Part shown: positions 48,565 to 63,326 of the stretch, piece after piece
How positions within the stretch are numbered: the first letter of the stretch is position 1
How the letters are laid out: each line of letters starts with the position of its first letter
Source of the DNA: Eledone cirrhosa
Lineage: Eukaryota
Assembly: GCA_964016885.1 (NCBI GenBank)
Contig: OZ024744.1
Coordinates: 72,664,001 to 72,728,000 of the forward strand
DNA: 64,000 nt
Direction of reading: 5' to 3'
Translations under genes and position numbers: made by a program
Notes under the pieces: generated by a model
Told to the model about the DNA's origin: nothing
Databases searched by the model: none
The model's input: the letters and a program-made list of their open reading frames with translations, nothing else

Positions 48565-51500
48565 TTAACTCTTTTGATACCAACCTGTCCCAAACCACCA
48601 TTAGTTTTATGAAACAAAATCACCAGTTTTATGGGGGTTCCTATTTAAATTAAGATCTCCCAACATAGTTTGATACAAGTAGGTGGTAACTCATGATGGG
48701 GCAAGCAAACAGCAGGAGGACCTTAGGAGGAAGAACTCCCATCAAGCATGTGTTTTGGTCCTTGACTCTTCTTGACACTTTAATGGAGTTAGGCCTACCC
48801 AGGTCATGATTCCTCAGTGTCCCGCTGCTGCTTTTTCTCTTCTAGTGGGATATTTACTTAATAACAAAATAATTGCTAATTTTAATAAATCCTTCCAACT
48901 CCATCATTAATTAATTCATATAGAGTGTATTTAATTCAACAAATGGCCACAAACTAATAAAATTAGTTATGTCATTCTTATAAATTCAAGATTATTTTAC
49001 ATTTAGTTTTCATGCTTGTATTGTAATTTATGAGAAAGCTGCAATTTCTTGTAAATAATTGTTTCTACTTTTTGGCACAATGCCAGCAATTACCCCAGTG
49101 CATTAGTTCATCGACCCCCGTAAGGATGAAAGGCAAAGTTAACCTCGGCGGGATTTGAACTCATAACGTAAATGGCCATAACTCTATGCTGTGAAACATG
49201 GCGTCTGATGCTCTACCGATACTGGCAATCCACGACCCTTATATTTCTCATAAATAATATTAGTTTCTTATTCCTAAACCAGGCTAAGATTTACTGTAAA
49301 AGGATATAATTGATTAATTCAGCAAATTTATTGTTATTGATACATCATCATGATTTTAAGTTCATTTTCCATGCTGGCATGGGTTGGATAGGTTGTCAGG
49401 GTTTGAGAGAAGATGGATCAGTTAACCACATTTTTCTCATATTTTTTCATATTTTGTCATGACTTCTACTTTCCAGAGTGCACTGGGTGCATTTTAAAGT
49501 GGTACCAGCACTTGGTCCTTATTTTATTGATTCTAACCTTCCACAATTATAGACCAAATGTTCGTGGAATTATTTGTATTTATTTCATATCACAATTCTA
49601 TGAAAAATAGCATTGTTTGTTATTGGTTTACAACAGGTCAATTGCTAGTTCATCACATGTAAGGATAGTAAATTTGACAAAGGATCATCTGTGCAACTCA
49701 GGTTTAACAAATACCACAAAGCACTTTTTTGTTTGTTGTGTTTGAGAGCACCAGTTTATCAATTTTCTCGTTGATATTTTATTTTTGTGCTGATTTACAT
49801 GAACAAAAGACATACATGTACACAGTTTCCACTTTACTAAACTCCACTCTCAAGGCATTGATAGGTAAACCTGAGGCTAAATACCAGGATTGACAGAGTT
49901 GCAAAATTGACCTCCTAACCACATGGCTTTTCAGGTACCTATAGAACAACACTTTTGATACCAAACCACCTCAGACCTGCCAATCTCTAAAAACCTAAAC
50001 GGAGGAGCATGAAAAAAAATGCCCCAAAATGAGGAGAAATGAGCAAAATGGGGAGATTTTACATAATGAGAGCTATGCTCATTTTCACAAGAGAAGACTT
50101 CTCTCACCCACCAGAAAGTGGGTGGGAGATATCCCAGTCCAACAGGGAGAGTTGACTGCCCTGTTACCTGGAAACGGCATTGGTACTGGGATACAAAACT
50201 AGTCCCTATGCATTGTTCATAGTTATATCAAAACATTCTATTATAATTTTATGCAATAATGTTTCATGTTCTAAACATTGATTTTCAGTATATGAATTTT
50301 ACTGTATAATTTCATTAGATCTTTCCCAATTCTTGATTATTTTCAAAATTAATTGAAATGCATGGGCAGTTGATTTCATTAGAAACATAACATGGTAATA
50401 AAAAAAGGATTAAAACTTTGCTAAGTGAAATTGAATACTATAATTGTTTCTACTTTTGGCACAAGGCCAGCAATTATTCCAGTGTTATACTGGTACTTTA
50501 TTTTATCGACCCCGTAAGGGTGAAAGGTAAAGTTAACCTCGGTGGGATTTGTACTCAGACAATAAAGGGGCGTAACTCTATGCTGTAAAGCATGGCGTCC
50601 GACCCTCTACCAATTCTGCCAATCCACCAAAATAGAATACTATAATGTAACTCTATTGTTTCAGCCACCTCTATATGTTAGTTATATTTCTTCTGAATAT
50701 TAATATGAGATTTAAATAATTATAATTTTATGTTGTTCACAGAAATGTATAAAATTAATTCATAAATGAGTAGTAGTTAGGGTGTTGAAAGATGGGAACA
50801 AAATTGTTAAAATCAAATCAAAACTAAAACAAAAAAAGGTTAATTTATATTTTATTAATGTCACACTACTGGTCTTTTGTCATCAACTAGTTGACTAGTT
50901 TGATCCCCCTCCCATCCTTCTATTTGTTTTGTTGCAAATGAAATAAAGTAAGATTCTATACACAGGTGTTATTTACTGATATAAAAAACAAACAAACAAA
51001 AAACAAACATTTATATTGTATTTTTTTTATTGTTGTTTTTTTTTCCTTTTTGTCATATTTCCTTATTCCTCATACTACATACAAATATAATTTTATGAGT
51101 GTGTATGAATATACATAGATAGATGCATGCGTGTGTGCGTGTGTGTGTCTGTGTGTGCGTGCATGTATATATGTGTGTGTCTGTGTCAGTATATATATAT
51201 ATATATATATACATATATAATGCTATAGTTTGCTTGAAGCATTGTATATAATATATAACGTTGAAAAAGATAGATAGGTCCTGAAATATTGGACAGCTAA
51301 AATAACAACAACAACAAAACAAAGATTACCAGGTGACTTTTACTTGTCGTTACCTCATCTTACAGTCCATTCTGCATTGTCTAGCCTTCTATCACTTTGA
51401 GTTATATATATATATATATATGATGTCTTGTGTCCTTGAGCAAGACACTTTATTTCACATTGCTCCAGTTTACTCAGCTGTAGAAATGAGATGATAGGGA

Positions 51501-52179
51501 CTGGGGTCCCTATCATTCCACTGCAAAGTGGTCGTGGAGGCGCCACGGAAAAAAAGCACCCAGTACTCACTGTAAATGAGGTTGGTGTTAGGAAGGGCAT
51601 CCAGCTGTAGATAGAAATCAAGCCAGAATCAGTTCCCGTCCCATCCTTGCAAGCAGGGAAAAGCGGACGCAAAATGATGATAATGATATATATGTCGATC
51701 GATCGACAAGATCCCAGGCCTCATTCGCTTAACAAATAGGATGGAGCTCGTCAAATCGGACAGAGGAAACAATGTTTCCATTGTTCTTTCCAATTACTAA
51801 AACTATCTACTGGTTATAAATCCAGGCAGAAGGAGCAACATGAAATAAAGTATCTTGCTCAAGGACATTGCCTGGTCCGGGAATTGACCTCACAACCTTG
51901 TGGTTGCAAATCCAATTCGTTAACCACTCTGTCATGTGCCTTCACCATCTCTTTTTCACTTCACCTTCTATACATACTTTCTTTTCTTGGCTTTATTTCT
52001 ATCTCTTGTGTGACAGCACATTGGTTTGTAGCAGATTTTATTTATTTGTAAATAGTTGAAAGACCAATAATCCTGTCTTTTGTCTATTTGCTACTGTCCG
52101 ATCTTCTATGGAGCTAATTGGTTCAACCTTAACAACTGAAACCACAAGGACCTCTAGTGGTTGGCTGATGAGAAGGAAA

Positions 52180-52625
52180 TGTCCTGTATTTCATGTCCAT
52201 TTTCCATTGTCTTTTATGGAAGTGAGATGTGCGCACTCAAAATCACATCTGCAGAGACTCTTGCAGTGGCCCAACATAAAATGGAGCGAATCATACATGG
52301 CCTCACTTTACATGACAGGAAAAGCAACACGTGGATTCAATAGTAGATTGACATGAAGGACATAATCAATACCATAAAATACAGCAAATATAGATGGGCT
52401 GGCTCAGTCTCTTGTTTCAGAGACAACAGGTAGACTATTAGAGTGGCAGAATGGACACCAAAGCAGTGAAGAACCACCAGAGGGTGGTCAAAGGCCAGAT
52501 GGTGCATTGATCTACCCAATAGCTTGTCCCCACATGGTCCAATACGGTCAGAGGTTGGAAGTGGTGGAGGTCAGCCAGGGAGGGGTTCCTCCAACAGGAG
52601 TGAGAAGGCCTGGATTTTTGATTTT
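52180..52625 (+). mobile_element. Old RTE-1-type LINE C-terminal relic
   Basis: YGSEMCAL...AQHKMERIIHGLTLHDRKSNTWI...KYRWAG...EWTP. Confidence 0.7.
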
Positions 52626-52634
52626 TGATATATA

Positions 52635-53150
52635 TACTGGGATGACCAAAAAGTTTGTTTGTTTGTTTTTTTTTTAAGCAACATTAAGCCACAAGTTTTA
52701 AACACAAAGCTATTTAAATAATTACAGTTTTTTTTCCAGTATCTTCTGCCATCTTGTGGGCAGATCCATTAGTCCTTTCTCAAAGAATTTTATGTCTTTA
52801 AACTTCCATGTGAACTTTTAGATCCTCTTCAGAGTTGAAGGTTTGTCCATTCAATGATTTTTGAAGAGGCCGAATCAGGTAGAAACCTGAAGCTGCAATG
52901 TTGAGCGAATATGGAGAATGCAGCAACATTTCCCAGCCAGGCACCAGTAACGTAGGCTGCATCATCAAGAAGTGTGTGGTCTGACATTGTTGTGGTGAAA
53001 GTCAATGCCCTCAATTAGCAAGTGTTGGACACTTCTGGTGAACCACTGCATTTAATTTGTCTAGCTGGTCACAGTACACATCCAAATTGAAAGTCCTGTC
53101 TGTTGGAAGAAGCTTGTAAAAGATAACACTCATCCAATTCCATCAAATAT
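52635..53150 (-). mobile_element. mariner (DD34D-type) transposase relic
   Basis: Decayed VIFYKLLP...YCDQLDKL...HNNVRPH...GWEMLLHSPYS...LQKSLNG...FEKGLMDLPTRWQKILE. Confidence 0.8.
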
Positions 53151-53945
53151 AACGCTACTGCAGAGTTGTTTTACACCCCGTGGATAGTACAACCCTGAAC
53201 ACCAGGAACACGTTTTGTAGGTGTTCACACCTTCCCTCTGTTTATCTTCCTCAACCTACAGGTTTATATACAGAGAAAGCCCATTCATCCGGGCCATTTT
53301 CGCCACATTCACCCACCTTTCAGCAAATTTACTGGGGTGTAACACCTCTCTCTCTGCTCTCACCTTCCTTCTGAAGTGGTACTTAAAGAAGGGGATGAGT
53401 TATTGTCCAGAGAGAAAGGTGCTTGCCCTCAGTCCTTTTAACCTCGTCCACCATATTACCTCTTTCGCCATAGTCACCAGACAGAGGAAGACCACCTCTC
53501 CTTCATTCTTAAATGAAGGCGGCGGGGTGATCCTCACAATGGACTCGGCTGGCAACTGGATGCATCCCACACGTGACAGTAGCTGTTCGACATAATTCCA
53601 CAGGTCGGTCACCTCTGGGCACTGAACAATTGCGTGCAGAACCGTTTCGATGTCCTGCTCGCATCTTGAACAGGTCCTTTTGGCAGGATCTATGCCAGGG
53701 CGTCCGTGCCTGTAGATTTTGTCTCAAACTGCCAGGCCAGAGACCTCTGGAAATTATCCATAGGCCCTGGACGGAAACTCCTCCCGAACATACTGGTCAG
53801 TTCGTCTTCCTCGATGCCTAGAGTTTCCCCGAGAACGTCGTCGCACTTATCCTCCACTAATCCCCTATAGAATGTCTAAGTGGAGTCTCTGCTGATTGCC
53901 GTTTCCGCTTAGTAGAGGGCTGTGAGCGCCTGAAGGCACTCGAGG
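53151..53945 (-). mobile_element. Second copy of the L1/Tx1 fragment
   Basis: Colinear with 993-1808 apart from a ~21-bp deletion and point changes. Confidence 0.85.
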
Positions 53946-54937
53946 CCATAATAGATTGAAAGTACACAAGGCAGACAGGATGCTATAGCGATTCGATGCA
54001 TGCGTATTTCAGACACATAGGCCCATGAAGGAAAAAAAACATTGATTGTTCATTTTGTTTTGAACTATTTTCAGCTCCACAGTTAAAAAAAGGGTTATAG
54101 CTCTGAAATATCATGTTGAAATACACTTGATAAAACATTACTTTATCCTGTTTTATTTGTCAGTAATTGTCTGTTGTATTTTTCTACCACACTGTACTGG
54201 CTGTTTGAAAATTATCAGTCTTTTATTACATATCTCTGCTTCTTATTAACTACACTAATTTATATCTTTGTATATATATATGTATATATATATACACGCA
54301 TATATATATATATATGCAGATACTTTCTCATACCCTCCTTAAGCAAGATTTAGGTTTTATCTCCCTGTATTAACATGTTTTTGAAACTGCTTATTAATAA
54401 AATATGTTGATGCTAGTCCTTGAAATAACTATGGCTCTTGTTGATTAGTTCTTTCAAAAGCATGCAGTTCTGCAGAACTTTATAGAAATTTCATGATAAT
54501 ATATGTCTGTATCTAATGCAAAAAAAAAGAAAAAAAGCTTTTTTTTCTTCTTATCTCTATTTGTTGGCTCTATAACTTTGCTGGCTTGTTCAATGGTCTG
54601 ATGTTTTTTTTTTTTTAATACAATTCTTAATGTTTATTTCCCACAAAAGAAACAAAAAAAAAATATATATATATATATATACAACGCACTAACAAATCCC
54701 AAGCCTACCACCACCACCACCACACAAAATTAAAAAAAACCCATAATCATAAATCAGTGTCTTACTAAATTATATTGACTTGAAGTTTTAAATCAACCAA
54801 GCTCTTTCATTTGCAAGTAATTTTTTAAATGAACTCTTGCACCTTATATTTTATTTAATTCTTTTAATACTTATTTTTTTCACTGAGAGAAAATTAATAT
54901 CTATCAATGTAATTTGTTTTTAAAACATTTTATTTAT

Positions 54938-54969
<32 letters not shown>

Positions 54970-57647
54970 TTGGTGAAATTTTTTGTCTAGTAAAGAGGAA
55001 GGGTTTCAGACATAATATTGCACGTAAAGAATTTTCTTAGAGTTGAAAGCTAGGGAGGATAGATTAGATTAGTGTCTTCAATGTTACATTTGTACAGTTG
55101 AAGGTAGGGCAGGAATGCAAAGTTGCAGAGTCTAAGAGGAGAGTTACAATATTACTGACAAACAGCAACTACTACAAGCAGACTCATAGTTGATTGGAAA
55201 TGGAAGGGAACGCGTAATTTTGGAGGAGGAGGAAGATACGGCATAGAAGTAGTAAAACGATGATATGCAAATAACAGTATACCATCATTATTAACCTCAT
55301 CATATATTCATTTTCTTTTCAGAAGAAATGACTATATTACTAAATATGTTCAAGAACACCAGTAACCAAAGTAGATATACTAGAACAAATATGGAGAGTA
55401 TGTCCAATCTTTAGAGAAGGTCAATAAGTACATAAGGCTCAAATATGATCACAAATACAAGTGGCTGAAATGGGATTCCTCTGAAGGGTCTTTGAAGTAA
55501 TGTTACTCGATAAAAGAGATCAGAGAGTCACTCCAGTTAGAGCCGCTTCTCCAAATTGAGAGATCACAAATCCGATACTATAGGTATGTGGTTAGAATAT
55601 CTCAGGAAAGAATTGCTGTACAGATTTTATGCACAAAACCAACCAGCAGGAGACCAAGGGATAGACACCGGGCAAGATGGTTGATAACATTCATGAGTTC
55701 GGCTGATCTCATTTGGGGATCCAGTCAGATCAATTGAAGACGTTTGCTTCTGACAGGACGGAAGGAGTGTCTGAGGACTCTGCCCCATGACCCTCTCAAG
55801 AATAACTGGCCAAAGAAGAAGAGAGGAAAACAACTGAATCTCTTGACTAACTGGTCTAAGAATTTATATGATTTCACTTGAGTCAAGAGTTGATGCAAAA
55901 CATCAAGTTATCCTCAGACCAAATATCTAGTTTAGATGCTTGCAACAGAGTGGAGTCTACCTAAGGTACTCAAGCATCAGGTGGTGGTGGTGGGCAACAT
56001 ATTAAGTTACGTATAACAGTTACAGTAATCCAACAAATTTCCACACAATATTTGTGATTTTTAACTCTTTATGGTGCACAATGTCTACTCAATGTCACCC
56101 ACAAAACCTTGGTGGAACCAACACTCACTAAGGTGACATCCACTGGGATTAAAATTGGAATTATCTGATTGCAAGACAAAGTTTTTATCTGTATGATCAT
56201 GTGAGTCATTTAAAGAGAAGTTGGGGAAAAACAACAAAATTATTTGGTATATAGAAACCAAACTGAATGGAACTTAACTGGTTTTCTTAGTCTTTTCAAT
56301 TTCTTTTCCTAATTAGATGTTGACATCATCTATTGCATGTGGTATTCAGTTGTTTTCAAGGTTGGAGAATCGATCAACAAGATCCCAGACATCATTCACT
56401 TTCCGAGTGGGGTGAAACATATGAAATTGGACTAAAGAAACAACGTTTCCATTGGTCTTTCAATTTCTGATACTATCTACCTATCGCAATTCCTGGCAGA
56501 AAGAGCAACATGAATAAAGTGTCTTGCTTAAGGTCCATGAATCAAACTTGCAGCCCCGTGATTGCGAATCCAATTCTCTAACCACTAAGCTATGCCCCTT
56601 CATTTTCAATTCTGGCTCTGATCTTGGTTAAAGATATATCTGGCCATAAAAATCTGCATCTGTCAAGCATTTATTTGCATCATTCTATACGGCAAAACAA
56701 TGTAGCCAAAGAGAACTATGGTGTTACACAAGCTAGAGGTTTTCAACCATTTTTGCCTTTGCCAATTTCTCTATGTTAATGCATTGGATTTTTGTGTCAA
56801 TCTTCAAATTTTCCCGTTGCTGCATGATTGTTTTCCCGCAAGAATTCCTTCTTGAGACACACCTCTATTGGTTTAGTTACATAAATGTATTCAGCTGTGA
56901 TGTAGTTGCATCAAAGCACCTCTTAGGACGGCATAAATGGCAAAACAAACGGTTGAAAATGAGGAGTGTCCTTAGCAGGTTCTATCTTCAGCTGGTCCAT
57001 GCATATATCGTGTCTGCCATTGGAATCATGACTATCTGACAATATCAGTCAATACTGGCTGTCAGTGATCATTGCGCATTGGTGCTCTCTGTTCACAATA
57101 CTGCACCAGCTCAACCTATTCTAGGTGAACACGTAAGAATACTGCTGTTGGTTTTTGTGAGAGTTTATAAGAGCCATCTGTCAGTGAAGGCAACAAATAC
57201 CAGATAGAATATGTTTTGTTTCTTTTAGTAAGATGCTTTATTATATACAGTTGTGCACCATAAAGAGTTAAAAATCACAAATATTGGATGTGGTCCATAA
57301 CAATTTCTATAAAAATCAAAATATAACGTAAAATATAGGCCGGCAAATACAGTATATTGTTATCAATAATTTAGTGTTAAAAAGCATGAAAAAATAGATA
57401 TTACTGCGAAAAATCCATTAAAAAAATCACAGAAGATATTTATGATTCTGCGAATATACAGTGGTTTCCATGAATAATTATTAGTTAGGTTCTAAGGAAA
57501 ATTCTGCAAATAACCAGGATCGCAAATGCAGAACCACGAATATGTGAGGGTACACTGTAATATGTTTTGTTTCTTTTAGTAAGATGCTTTATTATATGAT
57601 ATGATCTTTGTATATTTTATAATTATATTATTCTATATTTATTTCAG

Positions 57648-57774
57648 ACTACTCACCGTCCACTTAGCTTTCGGGAACAAAGGTTTCGAGCTTTTGCATC
57701 AGTCGAATATGAAGGCCATTTGTACATGACACCGCAGGACTTTCTGGAGTCAGTTTTGGAAGATGCACCAAGAT
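57648..57774 (+). CDS. MICU3: Internal exon of mitochondrial calcium uptake protein MICU2/MICU3 family (EF-hand)
   Basis: atttcag|...|gtaagt, 127 nt, phase 0 to 1, encoding TTHRPLSFREQRFRAFASVEYEGHLYMTPQDFLESVLEDAPR. This matches the conserved MICU2/3 motif RF..FAS.E..G..YMTP.DFL recalled from memory; the MICU3 versus MICU2 assignment needs phylogeny. Confidence 0.88.
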
Positions 57775-58428
57775 GTAAGTAATTATTTTATAAAGTTCAA
57801 ATATTAGTAAAATTTTATTCTATGTAAAAAGTAAAAAAAATAAAAAATTTAGATTGAGAAGAAAGAATGGAATGTAAAATAAGAAAATATTTTTAAAAAA
57901 ATCGGAAAAGGAAGGAAAAGGCAAGGGCTCTAGTGTCACAGAAGAATGGGGAGGGTGGGCCTAAGGCGCAGTGGTAGTGGATCTGCGCTCCACGGACAAG
58001 ACTGCAAAATCATTCTTGCAGACAATGATTTAGTTAGTTAAATTCTGTCTCAAACCCTGAGGTTCATGCCAGAGTTTATCCTGTTTTGCAATTAAGAGCT
58101 TAAAAATATCCCCTGGACATTGCAAAGTTAAGCCAGAGCTGTTGCTGCTGGTATTTGTTTACTACTGAGTGGACTTGGGTAACATAGAATTAAATGTCTT
58201 TCTCAAGAACATGACATTGTGCCCAATCCAGGATTTGCACCCACATTACTCTCATGAACACAACATCCTAACCAAGATTTAGAAGGTGGAGGACAAAACA
58301 ATTAGAAATACCAGTCATTGTTTGCTGTTTCGATTTCGTTAATATCACAGTAATCTGTTATATATATATATATATATTCAAAGATACTTCATTTGGATCC
58401 AGTACATTCATTTGTATATATATATATA

Positions 58429-58812
58429 TGTAGCGCTCTCTAGACAGGGAAGTAGTTAGAGTTACTTCCCGTTGAAAGTCTAGAACCCTCTTTTGCAACT
58501 TCTGCAAAGAGGTTATAAATAGTGGCAACATAGCCAGCTCCTTCTGTCTTTGGCGCCTTTCCTTCGTACCGACAACACTGAAGATGAACATGTTAATCAT
58601 GGGCTATACCTAAATATGTACGAGGATATTTCTGTACTACAATTATAACGGAGTTATAATAAAAGGAAGACTTGTATTCGTTATGGTGTTTTGTAATATA
58701 TCTTTTTGTAATATATCTTTTTGTAATATATCCTTTTCTGTATAAAATTTAGTAGTTAGATTCCGGTGATATTTACTCAAGTAAATAATCCTGGGTCTGG
58801 CAGAACACTAAA
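58429..58812 (+). mobile_element. Possible solo LTR inserted in (TA)n
   Basis: Starts TGTAGCG and ends CACTAAA (imperfect inverse). Contains TATAAATA and AATAAA and is flanked by TA repeats. Confidence 0.4.
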
Positions 58813-59744
58813 TATATATATATATAAATTTGAGCAACTTCCATCCATCACACAATGTGTGTGTGTGTTTGCGTGAATGTATGTGTATTTGCGTGAATAT
58901 ATGTGTATTTGTGTGAATATATGTGTATTTGTGTGAATGTATTTCTGTGAGTGTGTATTTTTGTAAGTGTGTCAGTGTTTGCATGTTTATATTTATATAC
59001 TAATACATATAAATATATGCCAATGCACATACACACACACATGCACACACATACATATACGCATCAGCATATTGAAAAATTTCTAGTATATTGAAAACAG
59101 ACAGTAAATAAGATTTAGCTAAAGTATTTTTATATGAATTCTATTGTGAGTTTGACCTAATTCTTCCCATGCACATCTTGCATGTGTTGCCTAGAATATC
59201 ACTACTTGCACAAAAAGATAAAGGAAATTGACATTTAATTGTCAATGTATATTTTATCCAAAATATAAGGAATTAATAAATATTTCCAAGGTAACATTTT
59301 GATTTCCTTGTTTTTCCCTTTTTTCTTTCCTTCCTATTTTTTTTTCTGATATTATTATCTCAATATTTATAAGCTCCATTTCAATTGTAGCAGTTTCCTA
59401 AAACTAACTGACTTGTGTGTATTGTGTCTGTCATTTATCAAAACACATTACAACAAAAGCAAAAATCTCACTAATATTAAGAATATTACTAATAATAATA
59501 TTTTTTACCCCCATTTGTAAGGTTTGTCTAGCAATCAGTTGCTAGGTGAAGCATATTAATTGACCTCAGATCAGTCCTTGATCTCAGAGGCTTAATATAT
59601 CAAGTAGGTTTCTGGCATTGCTAGTGATGGTATAAATGTGGGCACTGCTTATAAAGTTGTGGATCCCAAGGCTTCTGATGTAAGACGTAAGATGTTTAGG
59701 GACCAGACCTATTGCCCCAATGATGATTGGCACAGCTGTCTCTA

Positions 59745-60365
59745 CGTGTCTATGGCCTGGATTGACTTTAAGAAGGCATATGATATGGTGCCCCATTCTT
59801 TGATGTGAGAGCCTTTTACTAAAAAAATACATGTGGTACCATGGTAAAGCCTGTCTATAACCTTCATTGGCTTTTGTGTAGTAAATACCAATATGAAGTC
59901 ATAGAGAATTGGTATGAGTATGTACCTTGTAAAGTAATGCATGATGATGAGAAAACAATGATATTCTGGGATTATGATTTTCAGACTGATAGAGTTATTG
60001 AGCATCACTGACCAGACATTGTCATATTAAACAAGAAAGACAAATACTGTCAGATCATTGACGTTGCCATTCCAAATGACACAAATATTGCAAGTAAGAT
60101 TAAAAACTCACCAAGTGCTCTGAATTGAAAGTGGAGCTGGCAAGACTAACTGGAATGCAAGAGGGTAATGTGAAAGTGATACCAGTTGTGATTGGTGCAT
60201 TAGACTCAATACCATTGAAACTTCAAAACTTCTAAAAGTTACTGGAAATACCATACTGGTTAGGTGTCATATAAAAGGCTGTTTGCTTGGTACTGTGTAC
60301 ATTTTGATCTGAGTATTATCTGTGTGAGGTCCTTGTTGAAACTTGGCAGATGACTAAATAATAAT
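59745..60365 (+). mobile_element. R4/Dong-like non-LTR relic (RT scrap plus restriction-like endonuclease)
   Basis: MAWIDFKKAYDMVPHS, then IFWDYDFQTDRVIEH..PDIVILNKK...IIDVAIPND...VIPVVIGAL. An opposite-strand RLE C-terminus (VPIIIGAIGLVP) lies at about 59584-59745. Confidence 0.75.
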
Positions 60366-63326
60366 AATTGTGAAAATATTTTTGATTCGTCATCATCATC
60401 ATCATCATCATCACTGTTTCCATCCACTTTCCATGCTTGCTGGCATGAGTTGGTTGGGTTGTCATGGTCTGTGACTGCACAAGTCAGAGAGACCTCATTT
60501 TGCTCATATGTTCTATAATCAGCATGGTTTCTATAACAGGAATGCCTTCCTAATGCTTTTACAGAATATACCAGGTTAATTTCATAGTGGCATCAGCACT
60601 ACCACTTTACAGAGGGCACTGGGTGCATTTTATTGTGGCATCAGTACTTTCATTTTACAGAGTACACTAGCTGTATTTTATCATTGCACCAGTACTAGAA
60701 AGGTTGTCATATTCTCAGTCAGACAGAAAATATCTCACTACCCTACATTGTCTCTTCTATCACCATCCACTTTACAGAGTATACTCAGTGCATTTTATTG
60801 TGGCATCGACACAGGATGAGAGGGTCCTCTCTCCTCGATGTTGTCTCAGTCTATTTATCTACCACTTTATAAGGGGTTGAGCATCAATATTGTACCATTG
60901 TAACACCAGTCAATATGATAATATAATAAATTCCCATGACAACTAAATATATAAATAACCATGCTATCACAGTTTTAACCCGGTTTACTCATGGGTTATA
61001 CCTGGATATTTTTTGTTAATTAAAAATTTATGAGCAAATATACAGTTAGAAGATATCCCATGATTTATTTATCATTAAAGACTTTTCTTGCAAAAGTTAT
61101 CTTATTACCAGGGTATTATAAAATATTTTATAAATTGACAACACATACACACAAACATGTATATATCATCCAACCTATGGTAGCAGGGAAAACAGCACAA
61201 GGGCTGGCGCTATGCTGTACTGAAGAAGACCCGATCTGCAACACACAATGTGACTTGACACTCCTTTCCACTAGCACTCCCTAACGGTTATTCTCAACAT
61301 CACCACTTCATCCATACACACACATTTTTAGCAGCTTCCGTCCTGGCGTTCTTAGCATTGTTATACTTCAATATGAGTGACAGTACTGTTATTTTTACAA
61401 ACAATGTCCTGATTCATATGTTAAGGTGCATGGCTTAATGGTTAAGGAATTTTATTCCCAATCATGAGGTTTTGAGTTTGATTCTTGGACTGGATAATGT
61501 GTTATGTCCTTCAGCAAGACACTTTACTTCATGTTCCTTCTGCTAGTATTTGTATTTCCATGGTCCAATTTGATGAATTCCACTCCACTCAGTAAGCGAA
61601 CAAGGTCTGGGATCGATTCAGTTCTATTGTTGCAGTTCTGCTATCATCTTACACTTCTGATCTTCATATAATGTTTGATATTCTGTGTAAGATATGTTCT
61701 ATTTAAGGGCACCCGTTCTCTCAATACAACCAGATATTTTCTCAATAACTCCGAGACATTTGGAGCCTTCAAATTTTTTCTTTTAATTTCCATATTTCAA
61801 GATTAGATTTCTCATTTCTAATCATATCTTTAAATAGCTTTTTACTATTTTCTTTCCATTTTAACAGAAAAATTTATATCACAAAATTTCAACTGCATGT
61901 ATATATTTACATCCTGGAAAGGGATGGGCTTCAGCAAGCTTAAAATGCCCAAGACACACTATGTCATGACCGATAAGTGATTTATAAACACTAATAAAAA
62001 TAAACCATGTTGAAGGAATATCTATATTAAAATATCAATAAAATTCTAGTTCAGTATATTATTTCTACTAATTACACAAAAGAAATTATTTATTTCATAC
62101 CTTTCCACCCATCAATTTCATTAACCCAAGAATTCTTAGTATTTTATTTCCATATTAGATTGCTATGTCAAGGGGGCAGTTTATGTCTAAAACACTGCTT
62201 GTTTTAACACCGCCATTATGTCCTTGGATGTCTTTAGCAGAATTGACACTATTATAAGCATGCCAACCAGATTTTGAATTCCTTCCTTAATCAGACGTTT
62301 TCTTCTGCAGACATTGACCTACAGATGTTGCATCTGAGTATCAACTGCATGAATCTCATCAGTCTAGTAATGCTTGCAGAATTTATGGTCATCACTGTCT
62401 TTCCATTCCCTTATCCACTGGTTAAACCTAAAATGAAACATGCTTTGTTAACATTCATTGTTCTACTGGTATTTTAGTCATTAAATTATTTAAAAGTTTG
62501 TAGTTAGAGTTTTAACAAAAAATCTCTGAAATTTATTCATCTCATAATATTTTTTAAACAACATTTATTGCAACCTTTCACGTAATATCTTTAACAGAAG
62601 ATAAAAATATAAATGGAAAAAAAAATGAGCAAACCAATAAAAATATAAGCATTTTAATTTAAGATTTAAAATTTCATATTAAATGTTTCCTTTATGCATC
62701 CATACCCAACATGTATGTTTTTAAATTCATAATCATAAATAAGGTACCAGTGAATTTTAAATGAGCTTTTGGGTTGAAGAAAACAGCTACAGATGATAAT
62801 TATTAATAATATTTTTTTGATAAATTATGCTATTACTTTCTGCTGTGTCATTGCTACCAAACCATAAGAAGGTCAAACTGCATGCATGTAATCAGTTGAA
62901 TCTTTTTAATTTATATTTCCGCCCTCTTATTATTTTGTTTCCCCTTTTTTTATTTAATATTCGCAGTTATGTGTATTCGATTTAGAATAAGTACACTGTA
63001 TCCCCACATATCATAAAGGGGGACTAAAACATTGGTACCAGCAAGGACATCCAATCATAAACATTGATTAAAAAAATTGAAAAACGATAATGGAGCCTGC
63101 AAGACTTACTCATACTTTAGCTGGAATATGGTCTTAAAAAGCTTGTTATAAGATTATAAGAATCTGTGTGTATGTGTGTATTTGCATGTACACATGCATG
63201 CACACATACCTCTGTGTATCCAGTTATGAACATGTACACTGTATCTATGTATATTGTAACAGCTGATTAAAAGAGGTTGATACCAGGAATGGCATCTGTC
63301 TGTAAAAGATTGTTCCGAAAGGGCCC

